Positions 37,803 to 48,687 are shown, counted from the stretch's first letter. The stretch is 64,000 nucleotides of DNA from Aquificaceae bacterium (GCA_039630345.1 JBCNVD010000039.1:1-64000); one strand, 5' to 3'. Notes: generated by a model not told the origin, from the sequence alone. Program-made: numbers and translations.

Positions 37803-38637
37803 CCTTGGCGGAAGCTATATTAAAGTCCTATATGAAGATAACACCAGAGAAATCCATCGCATAAGGGAGTTTAAAAACGACCGGGAAAAACTCCTGAAAA
37901 TTCTCAAAGAGATTGTAAAAGATGGGCAGCCTGAGAAGGTTGGACTGGCGGTTGCGGGTTTTGTCTCACCCGAGGGGTATTTGCAAAAGTCTCCCAATTT
38001 GCCCGCGCTTGATGGAATTAACCTAAAGAGAGAGCTTGGGGAAAATGTCTCTGTGGTAAACGATGTCAGCGCCGGAGCCTATGGCGTTTGGGTTAATGAA
38101 GCAAGCACGAGCAGGTCTTTTGTCTTTATTGCCCTTGGGACCGGTCTTGGTGCAGGTTTTGTGCTTGACGGAAAGCCGTATCTTGGGGTAAGCGGAAGCG
38201 CGCTTGAGGTAGGTCATCACACCATCAGAGCAGGGGGCGAGAGGTGTAGCTGTGGAAGGAGAGGTTGCTGGGAGGCTTATTGCTCTTCGTATGCGCTTGA
38301 GAGGGATTTTAAAGCCATCAGCGGTAAAAGTCTTGAGGTTTCACAGATTTTAAAGCTTGCAAAAGCCGGCCATGTGGATGCTATAAAGGCTATAAAGCGC
38401 TTTAGAAAGTATCTAATTATAGGGCTTATGAATGTGGTGCATATTTTTAACCCTGATAGCATAGCCATAGGTGGCGGGCTTGCAAAAGGTCTTGAGAAGT
38501 TTCTTGATATTGAAGACGAAGTTCGCGCCAAATGTGAAGCTTTGCCCGGGAGTGCTTTTAGACTATTTTTGTCAGGCTGTGGTCAGTTTTGCATGGCAAG
38601 GGGGGTTTTAGAGCTCGTTCGCAGAGGTTATATTTAA
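37786..38637 (+). CDS. ROK family sugar kinase (glucokinase-like)
   Basis: GVDLGGS, ND, GTGLGAG, EVGH, CSCGRRGCWE. Confidence 0.92.
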   Translation: MIKGVDLGGSYIKVLYEDNTREIHRIREFKNDREKLLKILKEIVKDGQPEKVGLAVAGFVSPEGYLQKSPNLPALDGINLKRELGENVSVVNDVSAGAYGVWVNEASTSRSFVFIALGTGLGAGFVLDGKPYLGVSGSALEVGHHTIRAGGERCSCGRRGCWEAYCSSYALERDFKAISGKSLEVSQILKLAKAGHVDAIKAIKRFRKYLIIGLMNVVHIFNPDSIAIGGGLAKGLEKFLDIEDEVRAKCEALPGSAFRLFLSGCGQFCMARGVLELVRRGYI

Positions 38638-38641
38638 AGCT

Positions 38642-39193
38642 ATGGATAGGCTCCCGCCCGGTCAGAGATGGATTTCAAAGCCTGTAGTTTACGACATAGT
38701 GGATACTATCCCTCTTTGGGACACAGATGGCTACACATTTGAGCTCTTCGGACTTGTAGAAAATCCTCTTAAGTTTAAATACTCAGAGCTAATTGAGCTT
38801 TCAAGAGACGAAATTGTTGCGGATTTTCACTGCGTTACTCGCTGGAGTGTAAAAGACATAAACTGGAAAGGTATCAAGGTCTCAAGGCTTTTAGAGATTG
38901 CAAAGCCAATGCCTCAGGCGAGATTTGTTTTTGTTAGATGCCTTGAGGGTTATACGACGAATATGCCCCTTGAATATTTCCAAGATGGCATTCTTGCCCT
39001 TTACATGAACGGGGAGGTTATTCCAAGAGAGCATGGCTTTCCTCTAAGACTTGTAGTGCCAAAGCTTTATGCCTGGAAGAGTGCAAAGTATGTTAAAAGC
39101 GTAGAGCTAATTGAAAATGACCAGGCAGGTTTTTGGGAGCAAAGGGGTTATAACATGCGGGGAGACCCATGGAAGGAAGAGCGCTACTGGTGA
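38642..39193 (+). CDS. Sulfite oxidase-like molybdopterin oxidoreductase (YuiH-like, cytoplasmic)
   Basis: LPPGQ, DFHCVTRWS, HGFPLRL, YAWKSAK, GFWE. Confidence 0.9.
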   Translation: MDRLPPGQRWISKPVVYDIVDTIPLWDTDGYTFELFGLVENPLKFKYSELIELSRDEIVADFHCVTRWSVKDINWKGIKVSRLLEIAKPMPQARFVFVRCLEGYTTNMPLEYFQDGILALYMNGEVIPREHGFPLRLVVPKLYAWKSAKYVKSVELIENDQAGFWEQRGYNMRGDPWKEERYW

Positions 39194-39909
39194 GGATAAA
39201 TAGATATCTATCAATGTGCGGGGTTGCCTCAAGAAGGTCTGCCGAAGAGCTTATAAAGTCAGGTCTTGTTAGCATAAATGGAAAAACCGTAACTGATTTT
39301 GGTTTAAAGGTGCATGTCGGGGTAGACAGAGTTGAATTTAGAGGAAAAGAGATCCTGCCCCAGAGAAAGGTCTACTATATTCTTAATAAGCCCTGTTGCT
39401 ATCTTAGCTCTTTAAAAGACGGCATAGACTCAAAAAAAGGGCTTTCAACGCTTATAAAGCAAATTCCGGAAAGGGTCTTCCCTGTTGGGAGACTTGATTA
39501 CAACGCAGAGGGGCTTTTGATTCTGACCAATGACGGGGAGCTGGCTCTTAGAGTTATGCATCCAAGATACGGTCTTGAAAAGGTCTATCTGGTTTGGCTA
39601 AATAAGCCTTTAAGAGAGCAAGACCTTAAAAGGATGTTAAAGGGCACAAATCTGGAAGATGGATTTTTTATGCCAGATAGAGTCAGGGCTCTTAAACAAA
39701 ACCTTATTGAAATCACCATCCATGAGGGCAGGAAACACATCGTTAAGCGCTTTGTTAGCTCTTTTGACTATAAAGTTACTAGGCTCTTAAGGGTTGCAAT
39801 AGGACCCATAAGGCTTGGAGCTTTGCCTCCGGGGCAATTTAGACCTTTAAGAAATAGTGAGATAATAATTCTTAAGAACAGGCTCTACGGGAGGATGTTA
39901 AATGCTTGA
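39190..39909 (+). CDS. rluB: RsuA/RluB family pseudouridine synthase
   Basis: S4 domain (SRRSAE), PVGRLD, EGRKH.VKR. Confidence 0.85.
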   Translation: MRINRYLSMCGVASRRSAEELIKSGLVSINGKTVTDFGLKVHVGVDRVEFRGKEILPQRKVYYILNKPCCYLSSLKDGIDSKKGLSTLIKQIPERVFPVGRLDYNAEGLLILTNDGELALRVMHPRYGLEKVYLVWLNKPLREQDLKRMLKGTNLEDGFFMPDRVRALKQNLIEITIHEGRKHIVKRFVSSFDYKVTRLLRVAIGPIRLGALPPGQFRPLRNSEIIILKNRLYGRMLNA

Positions 39910-40300
39910 AGTTGTTGCCATCTTAGCAGGTGTTGGCTTTGCTATCTATCTTTTTGTTTCTGCATTACTTTTTGAAAGAAAAATCAAGAAAAAGCTCAAG
40001 GGCAAGGAATTTAGGCTTTTAAAAGATGGTATAGCTTATATATACTCACCTTCCTGTGGTATTTGCATGGGCATGAAGCCAAGGATTGAGGAGCTTGGGA
40101 AAAGCTTTAAGGTTCTTATGATTGATATTTCAAATCAAGACGGTCAAAAGGTCATACAAGAATTGGGAATATCTGTAGTTCCCCTAACTCTCTATGTAAA
40201 GGCTGGTATAATTAAAAATGTCGTGGCAGGCATTATTGACGTTGAGAAGTTTTTAAAGGAGATTAGCTATGGAGATATTCCTCGATACGGGAAATACTGA
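39902..40300 (+). CDS. Membrane-anchored thioredoxin-like protein
   Basis: N-terminal TM, SPSCGIC, cis-Pro VVP. Confidence 0.8.
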   Translation: MLEVVAILAGVGFAIYLFVSALLFERKIKKKLKGKEFRLLKDGIAYIYSPSCGICMGMKPRIEELGKSFKVLMIDISNQDGQKVIQELGISVVPLTLYVKAGIIKNVVAGIIDVEKFLKEISYGDIPRYGKY

Positions 40301-40922
40301 GGAAATAAGGCAGGCCATAGATTGGGGCATGCTCGATGGCGTTACCACAAACCCGACCCTGATTGCAAAAACCGGAAGACCCTTTTTAGAAGTTGCAAAG
40401 GAGATTCTAAAGCTAGTTGATGGACCCGTCAGCTTAGAAACCGTTTCTTTAGATGCGGAAAATATGCTTAAAGAAGCCAGAATGCTCGCAGAGCTTGGTG
40501 ACAATGTCGTTGTGAAAATCCCTATGACTCCTGAGGGTATGAAAGCAGTTTGCACCTTGGCTTCTGAAGGGATTGCAACAAACGTAACGCTCGTTTTCTC
40601 CCCTGCTCAGGCTCTTTTGGCGGCAAAAGCAAGCGCAAGCTATGTATCACCTTTTGTCGGAAGACTTGACGATAACTCTTCTGACGGTATGGAGCTGATT
40701 TCCAAAATCAAGCAAATTTACAAAAACTATATGTTTGAGACAAAAATTTTAGTAGCTAGTGTAAGACACCCGATGCATGTAGTTCAGGCTGCTATGATAG
40801 GTGCAGATGTCTGCACGATGCCTTTTGATGTCTTGAAAAAACTCTTTCAACATCCATTAACTGACAGAGGAATACAGCTCTTTTTACAAGACTGGCAAAA
40901 GGTTCCTGACAGACCTTTTTAA
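40269..40922 (+). CDS. tal: Transaldolase (short, FSA/TalC type)
   Basis: [31 protein letters not shown]. Confidence 0.92.
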   Translation: MEIFLDTGNTEEIRQAIDWGMLDGVTTNPTLIAKTGRPFLEVAKEILKLVDGPVSLETVSLDAENMLKEARMLAELGDNVVVKIPMTPEGMKAVCTLASEGIATNVTLVFSPAQALLAAKASASYVSPFVGRLDDNSSDGMELISKIKQIYKNYMFETKILVASVRHPMHVVQAAMIGADVCTMPFDVLKKLFQHPLTDRGIQLFLQDWQKVPDRPF

Positions 40923-42220
40923 GGCGATTTGCCAGAGAAGACCCTGAAAATGTCGTTTAAAAAAACGACTATCGTAAGACCTATGATAAAGGCATAACCT
41001 ACTCTCATCCACATCTCTTTAAACTTCATGGAAAAGGGCTTTCTCCTAAGGCTTTCCATTGCATATAGCAGAATCAGTCCCCCGTCAAGCACTGGCAGAG
41101 GAAGCAAATTAAAGATGGCAAGCTGGACAGATATAAGAGCCATCATATATAAAAAGGTAAAAATCCCCTGCTGTGCGGAGTCTGTGGCAAGCTGGGCTAT
41201 GGTGATTGGTCCTCCCAGGCTATTTAGCGAAACCCCTCCGGTTAAGAGCTCGTATAGAGCTCTGTATGTTAGAGAAGTTAGCTCAACAGTTTTTTGAACG
41301 CCCATAGATATGGCTTGATTGAGGCTGGTTTGAATAATTGATGTCTTAATTTGTGGAGCTATTCCTATCACTGGCATTTGTGTTTTTGGGTCTTTTTGGG
41401 GAACTATAGTGAGATTAATGGTTTGGTTTTCTCTTTGAAGTTCTAGCTCTAGATTGTTATTTTTAGAGTTCTTAATCTCTTTAGTGAGTTCTTGCCAGCT
41501 ATTTACGGGCTTTGAATTTATACTCAAAACTCTATCGCCGGGTTTTAAACCTACTTGACTGGCGGGAGAATTTGGCACAACCCGCCCTATAATGGGTGGT
41601 ATTGTTGGCTCAATGCCAAAAACCCTTCCACTTTTTGCCAAAGAAGCACCTTTTAGCTCAAGATTTAAAACTTCGCCATTTCTCTCTACCTTTGCTTGCC
41701 AGTTTTTATCAAAAATAGAGCGCGAAAGTTTGTCCTGGAGTTCTTTCCAGTTTTGGATGCTTTTTGAGTTTAGCTCAATTATTCTATCCCCTGGCTTTAT
41801 GCCAAGTTTGTGCGCTATTGAACCCTCTGCAACCTGACCTGCTACAACAGGCTCAAGCAGATAAGAAGGGACTTCTCTTTTTGAAAAAAATACTGTGGCA
41901 AAGAGAAAAACTGCTAAAATGAGATTAAACAAAGGTCCTGCAAATCCAATAAGTATTTTTTGCCAGTTTGGTTTGGCTGAAAAAGCATCTGGGGAGTTTT
42001 CCTGACCCTCTTCACCGAAGAGTTTTACATAACCCCCTAACGGAATCGCGCCTATTCGGTATATGGTTTCTCCTACTTTTTTTTGCAAAACAGAAGGCCC
42101 AAATCCAACAGAAAATACCTCTACCTTTACACCAAATAGCTTGGCAAATAAAAAATGCCCAAGCTCATGAAACCATACAAGAACGCCAACTAAGATAAGA
42201 AACCATAGCAAATATTCCAC
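40919..42220 (-). CDS. rseP: RIP metalloprotease RseP
   Basis: HELGH, PLGGYVK, AGP..N, two PDZ domains, [11 protein letters not shown]. Confidence 0.95.
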   Translation of the reverse strand: MEYLLWFLILVGVLVWFHELGHFLFAKLFGVKVEVFSVGFGPSVLQKKVGETIYRIGAIPLGGYVKLFGEEGQENSPDAFSAKPNWQKILIGFAGPLFNLILAVFLFATVFFSKREVPSYLLEPVVAGQVAEGSIAHKLGIKPGDRIIELNSKSIQNWKELQDKLSRSIFDKNWQAKVERNGEVLNLELKGASLAKSGRVFGIEPTIPPIIGRVVPNSPASQVGLKPGDRVLSINSKPVNSWQELTKEIKNSKNNNLELELQRENQTINLTIVPQKDPKTQMPVIGIAPQIKTSIIQTSLNQAISMGVQKTVELTSLTYRALYELLTGGVSLNSLGGPITIAQLATDSAQQGIFTFLYMMALISVQLAIFNLLPLPVLDGGLILLYAMESLRRKPFSMKFKEMWMRVGYAFIIGLTIVVFLNDIFRVFSGKSP

Positions 42221-42222
42221 TT

Positions 42223-42621
42223 TTAAACCTCTTTAAGGATTTTTACTATAACTTTTCTTTCTCTTGGTCCGTCAAAATCCACCAGGAATATGGATTCCCA
42301 GCTGCCTAGCATAAGCTCGCCATCTTCCAGAGGGACTATTCTTGAGTTTCCTATAATAGAGCTCCTTATGTGAGCTGCGGAGTTGCCTTCTGCGTGTTCG
42401 TAAGGGCCATTCCATGGTATTAAATTCTCTATCGCCTGGGATAGGTCTTTTATGACAGTTGGGTCTACGCCTTCGTTTATTATCACGCAGGCTGTGGTAT
42501 GAGGCGTGTAAATCAGGCAAAGACCACTCAAAACCCCTGAACGCTTAACTACATCCTTGACATGCTGGGTAATATTTACAAAACTGGTTCTTTTAGTGGT
42601 TTTAAAACTAAGGCTCGGCAT
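42223..42621 (-). CDS. YjbQ/UPF0047 family protein
   Basis: HTTA..INE, HAEGNSAAH, LGSW, DFDGPR. Confidence 0.9.
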   Translation of the reverse strand: MPSLSFKTTKRTSFVNITQHVKDVVKRSGVLSGLCLIYTPHTTACVIINEGVDPTVIKDLSQAIENLIPWNGPYEHAEGNSAAHIRSSIIGNSRIVPLEDGELMLGSWESIFLVDFDGPRERKVIVKILKEV

Positions 42622-43100
42622 CAGAGTGTTATTTTAAATATACACCTTTCATGCCCCTGGGCTTTACAGGCTGTCTCCTTAATTGATATGTTTCGCTCTA
42701 ATAATTCGCCCAAAAAACCCTCAAAAAAGCCAGCCATTGGTTCACAGACGGGTTTTGTACTCTTTCCCACTGCTTCAACCAAAATAGAGCCATCAACCTT
42801 TATCTCAAGGTTATTCAGGTCATATTCAAAAACTTCCAAAAGTCGCGAGGACTCTGAAATCACTGCCAGAATCTCTAATCCATCGTCAAGTCTATCTGCG
42901 TAAATACCATATCGCTCTTTTAAAATCCTTGCGCCCTTTTGACCTCCAAACTTGGTGGCTTTTTTAATAACTTTGTCAATCCCAAGGCGGTTTAGTTTAT
43001 AAATATCCCTGTAACCATCAACAAGCGCGGTTCTGTGAACCAAAACCGACTCCCTCTCTATAGCCTCTGCCAAAGCTCTAAACTTGTCTTTTAACTCCAT
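42621..43100 (-). CDS. Stand-alone V4R domain protein
   Basis: PVC...GFFEG...ETACKAQGHERC.F. Confidence 0.85.
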   Translation of the reverse strand: MELKDKFRALAEAIERESVLVHRTALVDGYRDIYKLNRLGIDKVIKKATKFGGQKGARILKERYGIYADRLDDGLEILAVISESSRLLEVFEYDLNNLEIKVDGSILVEAVGKSTKPVCEPMAGFFEGFLGELLERNISIKETACKAQGHERCIFKITL

Positions 43101-43149
43101 CTCTAACTTTTGATTATAAACTTTAAGCCCGCTATGGTAAATTTATTTA

Positions 43150-44031
43150 ATGAAAGCAGTCATATTAGCTGGCGGTTCAGGAACCAGGCTTTATCCAACC
43201 ACTCTGGTAGTTAACAAGCACCTTTTGCCAGTTTACAACAAGCCAATGATTTATTACCCTCTAAGTGTTGCCATGTTACTTGGGATTTCTGAAGTGGGGA
43301 TTGTCGTAAACCCTCATGACCTTCAGGCTTTTAAAAGTTTGCTTTCAGACGGCTCCTGGCTTGGGATGAAAATAAGGTTTTTTGAGCAGGACAAACCAAG
43401 AGGACTTGCGGACGGACTTATAGTTTGTGAGGATTTTATAAAAGACTCTTATGTGGTATATATCCTCGGAGACAACATCCTTTTCGGACACGACCTTGTT
43501 AAAGTCCTTAAAGATGGTATGCAAGCGGTCTTTAATGGTGGTGGAGCTTGCGTCTTTGGATACTATGTCAACGACCCATCCAGATTTGGCGTGGTAGAAT
43601 TTGACAAAGACGGCAGGGTTTTATCAGTTGAGGAAAAGCCCGTGCACCATCGCTCAAACTACGCCATAGTTGGCGTTTACTTTCTTGACAAAGAGGCATC
43701 AAAAATAGCAAAGAGCATAAAACCCTCTGAAAGAGGAGAGCTCGAGATAACAAGCGTCCTTGAGGAGTATCTTAAGCAAAATAAGCTCTTTGCGCGCATT
43801 ATAGGCAGGGGTTTTGCCTGGTTTGATGCAGGCACTCACGACAGCTTTTTAGAAGCAGGTGAATTCGTAGCTACCATAGAGCGAAGAACAGGTCTTATGA
43901 TAGGTTGCGTTGAAGAAATCGCCTTTAGAAACGGCTGGATAGACAAAGACCAGCTTATAAGCCTCGCAAAGCCCCTTTCAAAGACATCTTACGGGCAATA
44001 TCTAATGAGGGTTGCAGGTGAGGGCTCTTAG
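43150..44031 (+). CDS. rmlA: Glucose-1-phosphate thymidylyltransferase
   Basis: [39 protein letters not shown]. Confidence 0.96.
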   Translation: MKAVILAGGSGTRLYPTTLVVNKHLLPVYNKPMIYYPLSVAMLLGISEVGIVVNPHDLQAFKSLLSDGSWLGMKIRFFEQDKPRGLADGLIVCEDFIKDSYVVYILGDNILFGHDLVKVLKDGMQAVFNGGGACVFGYYVNDPSRFGVVEFDKDGRVLSVEEKPVHHRSNYAIVGVYFLDKEASKIAKSIKPSERGELEITSVLEEYLKQNKLFARIIGRGFAWFDAGTHDSFLEAGEFVATIERRTGLMIGCVEEIAFRNGWIDKDQLISLAKPLSKTSYGQYLMRVAGEGS

Positions 44032-45235
44032 CGCTGACTTTGTCATAGTAGGTGCAGGCATAGTTGGGCTAACGATAGCTTACACGATACTTAAAAATAG
44101 CAAAAACTCAAGCGTTTTGATAATTGATAAAGAAAATTCTTTAGGTCTTCATGCAAGCGGGCGAAACAGCGGGGTTTTACACGCAGGATTTTACTACACT
44201 CCAGATTCACTCAAAGCAAAACTAACCAGAGAAGGAAACGAAATCATGAAAGATTTTTGCAAACAGATGCAAATTCCCGTTAACTACTGTGGAAAAGTGG
44301 TCGTTGCAAGCTCTGAATCTGACCTCAAAACCCTTGAGGTTTTAAACCAAAGAGCAGAGGCAAACGGAGTTGACGTTAAAATAGTGAACGAAAACTACTT
44401 AAAAGAACTTGAACCCAATGCAAAAACTTACAAATTTGCACTCTGGAGCCCAAACACGGCAAGTGTCAACCCTCTAAATGTTATAAAAGCCCTCAGAGAA
44501 AAGCTTCAGGAAATGAACGCAGAATTTCTACTAAATGCCAGAGTTTTAGCGAGAGTCGGCGAGAGAAAAATCCTTGCAGGTGAAAACATAATACACTTTG
44601 GCAGGCTAATAAACTGCGCAGGACTATACGCAGATAAAATAGCAAGGCTTTTTAACCTCGGCAAAGACTACAAACTTATGCCTTTTAAGGGGCTTTATCT
44701 TAAAAATGATGACAACATCCTGGGGATAAAAAGGCACATCTACCCTGTTCCAAACATAAAAAACCCGTTTCTTGGCGTTCACTTCACTATCACCTCAGAG
44801 CAAAGCCTTAAAATAGGACCAACCGCAACACCATGCCTTTGGCGAGAGCAATACGGCTTTTTTGAGCGATTTAGACCCTTTGAAGCTCTTGAGACCATCA
44901 GCCTCGGGACAAAACTCCTTATTAAAAACCCCCCACTTTTCAAGCTAGGAATAGAAGAATTTCTAAAACATCTCAAAGCGCGCGTCCTGAAGGACGCGCA
45001 AAAGCTAATAAAAATCCCCTTAAGGGCTCCAGACTGGCAATGGGCAAAGCCCGGCATAAGGGCTCAGCTAATAGATCTTAGAACCTATAGCCTTGTGCAG
45101 GATTTTATAGTCGAAAAGGATAACTTTAGCATCCACATTTTAAATGCGGTATCGCCCGCTTTTACTGCAAGCTTTGCTTTTGCAAAATATGTAGTCCAAA
45201 ACTACATTAAGGAGGTGCAAATTGCCCAAGTTTAG
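44012..45235 (+). CDS. lhgO: L-2-hydroxyglutarate oxidase-like FAD oxidoreductase
   Basis: [51 protein letters not shown]. Confidence 0.8.
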   Translation: MQVRALSADFVIVGAGIVGLTIAYTILKNSKNSSVLIIDKENSLGLHASGRNSGVLHAGFYYTPDSLKAKLTREGNEIMKDFCKQMQIPVNYCGKVVVASSESDLKTLEVLNQRAEANGVDVKIVNENYLKELEPNAKTYKFALWSPNTASVNPLNVIKALREKLQEMNAEFLLNARVLARVGERKILAGENIIHFGRLINCAGLYADKIARLFNLGKDYKLMPFKGLYLKNDDNILGIKRHIYPVPNIKNPFLGVHFTITSEQSLKIGPTATPCLWREQYGFFERFRPFEALETISLGTKLLIKNPPLFKLGIEEFLKHLKARVLKDAQKLIKIPLRAPDWQWAKPGIRAQLIDLRTYSLVQDFIVEKDNFSIHILNAVSPAFTASFAFAKYVVQNYIKEVQIAQV

Positions 45236-45791
45236 CGTTTTAAAAACCAAGTTAGAAGGGGTTATTTTAATTGAGCCAACCGCTTTTGAAGACCACAGGG
45301 GATTTTTTATGGAAAGTTATAACCTCAAAGAGCTCGAAGAGCTCGGGCTAAGGGCAAATTTCGTCCAGGATAATCATTCTCTTAGCGTCCAGCCCGGGGT
45401 TTTAAGGGGCATTCACTTCCAGCTTGAGCCAATGGCTCAGGCAAAACTGGTTAGATGTTTAAAAGGCGGTATATACGATGTTGTGGTTGATTTAAGACCT
45501 TATAGCCCCACATTTGCCAAGTGGGAAGCTTTTATCCTTACAGAACACAACAGAAGACAGGTCTTTGTCCCAAGAGGCTTTGGGCATGCAATTCTGACGC
45601 TCTTTCCAAATACAGAGATTTTATATAAGGTTGACCAGTATTACTCTCCCCAAAACGAAAGGGCAATTAGGTATGATGACCCATGGCTTTCAATAGACTG
45701 GCCTTTTAAAAACCCCATTCTTTCAAAAAGAGACCAGGAAGCCCCTTATCTTAAAGAGATTTTGAATGAGATAAACTTCCAGAGAGGTTAA
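45222..45791 (+). CDS. rmlC: dTDP-4-dehydrorhamnose 3,5-epimerase
   Basis: DHRGFFMESY, FVQDNHS, LRGIHFQ, DVVVDLR, GFGH. Confidence 0.95.
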   Translation: MPKFSVLKTKLEGVILIEPTAFEDHRGFFMESYNLKELEELGLRANFVQDNHSLSVQPGVLRGIHFQLEPMAQAKLVRCLKGGIYDVVVDLRPYSPTFAKWEAFILTEHNRRQVFVPRGFGHAILTLFPNTEILYKVDQYYSPQNERAIRYDDPWLSIDWPFKNPILSKRDQEAPYLKEILNEINFQRG

Positions 45792-45796
45792 AGACA

Positions 45797-46837
45797 ATGA
45801 AAAGCGTATTTGTAACAGGTGCAGGAGGATACATAGGCTGTGTTCTTGTGCCAGAGCTTTTGAAAAGAGGCTACAGGGTTTTTGCGCTTGATAGGTTCTT
45901 CTTTGGCAAGGAAAAGCTCCCAAAGGACGAAAATCTCACCCTCATTCAGGAAGATGCAAGATGCTATCCGAAAGAAATCCTCAAAGACATAGACTTTGTT
46001 ATTGACCTTGTTGCAATATCAAACGACCCTTCTGGCGAAAAATTTGAAAAGCAAACATGGCAAATTAATCACCTATCTAGAGTAAGAACCGCCACGCTTG
46101 CAAAGCAAATGGGCGTTAAAAGATACATTCTTGCATCAAGTTGCAGTATCTATGGTTTTCAGGAGCAAATAGTTGACGAAAACTCTCAAACAAATCCGCT
46201 AACTACCTATGCCAGAGCAAACGAACTTGCAGAAAAAGACATTCTAAAACTCGCTGATTCAGGTTTTTGTGCCTTGGCTCTTAGGCAGGCGACGCTTTTT
46301 GGATTTAGCAATCGCATGCGCTTTGACCTTGCCATAAACGCAATGACATATGGGGCTTATAAGAGCTCAAAACTTCCCCTTATGAGAGACGGCACTCAAT
46401 TTAGACCATTTTTACACGTAAAAGACGCCGCAAGGGCGATGATTCATATGCTTGAATTTGAAAACAAGACTCTAATAAATGCTCAGATCTTTAATGTCGG
46501 AAAGGACAACTACCAGCTTAAGGATGTTGCTAATTTGGTAGCTTCAGAGGTTAAAAACATAACAGGCAAAGATGTCTTGATAGAATTTTACGGAGATCCG
46601 GATAGAAGAAGCTACAGAGTAAGCTTTGAAAAAATCAAAAAACTAACCGGTTTTGAGCCACTTATTGATATTTCAGAAGGTATCAGGGAAATTATCCAAA
46701 AACTTTCCTCAAATGAGCTTGAGAAAACGCCTCAGACCATAACGCTTGAGTGGTATACACAGCTTGAGATGTGGCACAAACTTATCAAAGACCTTGAAAT
46801 AAGGGGCGGAATGCTAGATATCAATGGATGCATATAG
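45797..46837 (+). CDS. NAD-dependent epimerase/dehydratase (extended SDR)
   Basis: TGAGGYIG, SSCSIYG, RFDL, RPFLHVKD, FNVG. Confidence 0.88.
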   Translation: MKSVFVTGAGGYIGCVLVPELLKRGYRVFALDRFFFGKEKLPKDENLTLIQEDARCYPKEILKDIDFVIDLVAISNDPSGEKFEKQTWQINHLSRVRTATLAKQMGVKRYILASSCSIYGFQEQIVDENSQTNPLTTYARANELAEKDILKLADSGFCALALRQATLFGFSNRMRFDLAINAMTYGAYKSSKLPLMRDGTQFRPFLHVKDAARAMIHMLEFENKTLINAQIFNVGKDNYQLKDVANLVASEVKNITGKDVLIEFYGDPDRRSYRVSFEKIKKLTGFEPLIDISEGIREIIQKLSSNELEKTPQTITLEWYTQLEMWHKLIKDLEIRGGMLDINGCI

Positions 46838-47921
46838 GTCTATAAAAGGTATCTCTCTCAACCGGGATTTTGCCCGCTCCTTTTATTAGCTCTATGAGTT
46901 TTTCTTTGCTTTGAGAGATGGGGGATGTAGTGCCTGCGCTGTGGACTATTTTTTCCTCCAGGATAGTTCCATCCAGGTCGTCCGCACCGCAATTTAGGGC
47001 GACCTGAGCGACCCTCTCGCCAAGAGTTACCCAGTATGCCTTTATGTGATTGAAGTTATCCAAAAATATTCTCGATATTGCTATGGTTTTAATATCATCA
47101 ACGCTTGAGGTTCTTCTGCCTCCAAGGTTTGTCCCCTCTGGCCAATACGCAAGAGGTATAAATACCTGAAATCCATCCGTTTTGTCCTGAAGGTCTCTTA
47201 TGGCTTTTAGATGCTGCACTCTCTCTTCGTAGGTTTCAACATGCCCATAGAGCATCGTTGCATTTGAGGGTATGCCAAGCCTGTGGGCAGATTCATGAAT
47301 GTCAAGATATTCGTCCTTGCCTGCTTTGAAAGGTGCTATTATCTCCCTGACCCTCTGGGAAAAGATTTCCGCACCGCCTCCGGGAAGAGCATCGAGTCCT
47401 GCGTCTTTGAGTTCTTTTAGAATTTCTTTGTGGGACTTTGAAGAGATCTTGCTCATATGGTGAATTTCAACTGCGGTCCATGCTTTAAGGATGATTTCCG
47501 GGCTATGTTGCTTGATTGCTTTTGTTAGGTTTATGTAGTGATTGTATTCCCAGTGGGGCGGTATTCCGCCAACCATGTGAATTTCTCTTATTCCTAAAGA
47601 TTTTGCAAATGAGACTTTGTTAAGAATCTCTTCCTCGGATAGTTCATAACTTTTTGGATCTGATTTTTTAACCCCAAAGGCACAAAAACTGCAGCTATAT
47701 ATGCATATGTTTGTTGGGTTTATTTGCATATTTAAGACAAAATAAGCAAAGCTGGAGTTTTTCTGTTTATTTATATGCTCTGCAAGGGCGCATATGTATC
47801 CAAGGTCTTTGCTCTTAAAGAGTTCAAGAGCCTCTTGAGGGCTTATCCTTTTGCCGGATAAAACCTTTTCGCCTATGGCTCTTAGGGTTTTATCTTCCTG
47901 AGAGTTTATCAGCTCTTCCAT
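46821..47921 (-). CDS. mqnE: Aminofutalosine synthase (radical SAM, menaquinone futalosine pathway)
   Basis: NPTNICIYSCSFCAF, PGGGAEI, NATMLYGH, HIKAYWV. Confidence 0.85.
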   Translation of the reverse strand: MEELINSQEDKTLRAIGEKVLSGKRISPQEALELFKSKDLGYICALAEHINKQKNSSFAYFVLNMQINPTNICIYSCSFCAFGVKKSDPKSYELSEEEILNKVSFAKSLGIREIHMVGGIPPHWEYNHYINLTKAIKQHSPEIILKAWTAVEIHHMSKISSKSHKEILKELKDAGLDALPGGGAEIFSQRVREIIAPFKAGKDEYLDIHESAHRLGIPSNATMLYGHVETYEERVQHLKAIRDLQDKTDGFQVFIPLAYWPEGTNLGGRRTSSVDDIKTIAISRIFLDNFNHIKAYWVTLGERVAQVALNCGADDLDGTILEEKIVHSAGTTSPISQSKEKLIELIKGAGKIPVERDTFYRPICIH

Positions 47922-47973
47922 AGGGTTAATTTATACCACTTAAGGGATTTATAACATGCTAATTTAATACTTT

Positions 47974-48261
47974 ATGGTGCTTGGTGTTTTAAAGGTAGAG
48001 CTCTTTTTTGCCGGCTCTCAGTCTCTAAAGGACAAAAGGAGGTTTCTAAGATCCATAAAAGAGAAGATAAGGAGCTCTTTAAATGTCTCTGTTGGCGAAA
48101 CGGACTATCAGGATTTGTGGCAAAGGTCTCAGCTAAGCTTTGCCTGCGTATCCACGGATACCTATGGCGCCCAGGAGGTTCTTCAGGATGTTTTAAATAT
48201 CCTCAACAGGCACTATCCTGAGTTTATAGTCTCTTACAAAAAGGAGTTTTTAAGTCTTTAA
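47974..48261 (+). CDS. DUF503 family protein
   Basis: SLKDKR, NVSV.E..QDLWQR. Confidence 0.85.
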   Translation: MVLGVLKVELFFAGSQSLKDKRRFLRSIKEKIRSSLNVSVGETDYQDLWQRSQLSFACVSTDTYGAQEVLQDVLNILNRHYPEFIVSYKKEFLSL

Positions 48262-48270
48262 AAGGGGGGT

Positions 48271-48295
48271 CGAAGGGGGGAACTTCCCCCCTTCG
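48271..48295. repeat. GC-rich perfect inverted repeat (hairpin; possible terminator or REP-like element)
   Basis: CGAAGGGGGG-AACTT-CCCCCCTTCG, a 10-bp perfect stem between DUF503 and rplS. Confidence 0.75.
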
Positions 48296-48297
48296 CT

Positions 48298-48303
48298 TAT
48301 AAT
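48298..48303 (+). promoter_or_regulatory. Putative -10 box of rplS (leaderless-type)
   Basis: TATAAT 6 nt before ATG 48310, no SD. Confidence 0.5.
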
Positions 48304-48309
48304 AATAAG

Positions 48310-48687
48310 ATGAATGAGCTGGTTAAGAAAGTTGAGGGGCTTTATCTTAAAAAGTCGCCCCCGGGAGAGTTCAAGGTTGGTGATACTGTCAAAGTGCACT
48401 ATAGAATCGTAGAGGGTGAAAAGTCTCGCATTCAGGTCTTTGAGGGTATAGTGATTGCAATAAGAGGCACAGGAGCGGGCAAGAGCTTTACAGTCAGGCG
48501 AGAGTCTTATGGAGTGGGTATAGAGAGGATATTTCCCCTGTATAGCCCAAATGTCGAGAAGGTAGAGGTGGTAAGAATTGGTAAAGTCAGGCGCGCAAAG
48601 CTTTACTTTTTGAGAAAATACAAAGGTAAAGAAGCCCTCGGGATGGTTCGCGAGATAAAGCCTTGGGAGCAGAAGAAAAAGGCCTAG
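48310..48687 (+). CDS. rplS: 50S ribosomal protein L19
   Basis: [37 protein letters not shown]. Confidence 0.98.
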   Translation: MNELVKKVEGLYLKKSPPGEFKVGDTVKVHYRIVEGEKSRIQVFEGIVIAIRGTGAGKSFTVRRESYGVGIERIFPLYSPNVEKVEVVRIGKVRRAKLYFLRKYKGKEALGMVREIKPWEQKKKA

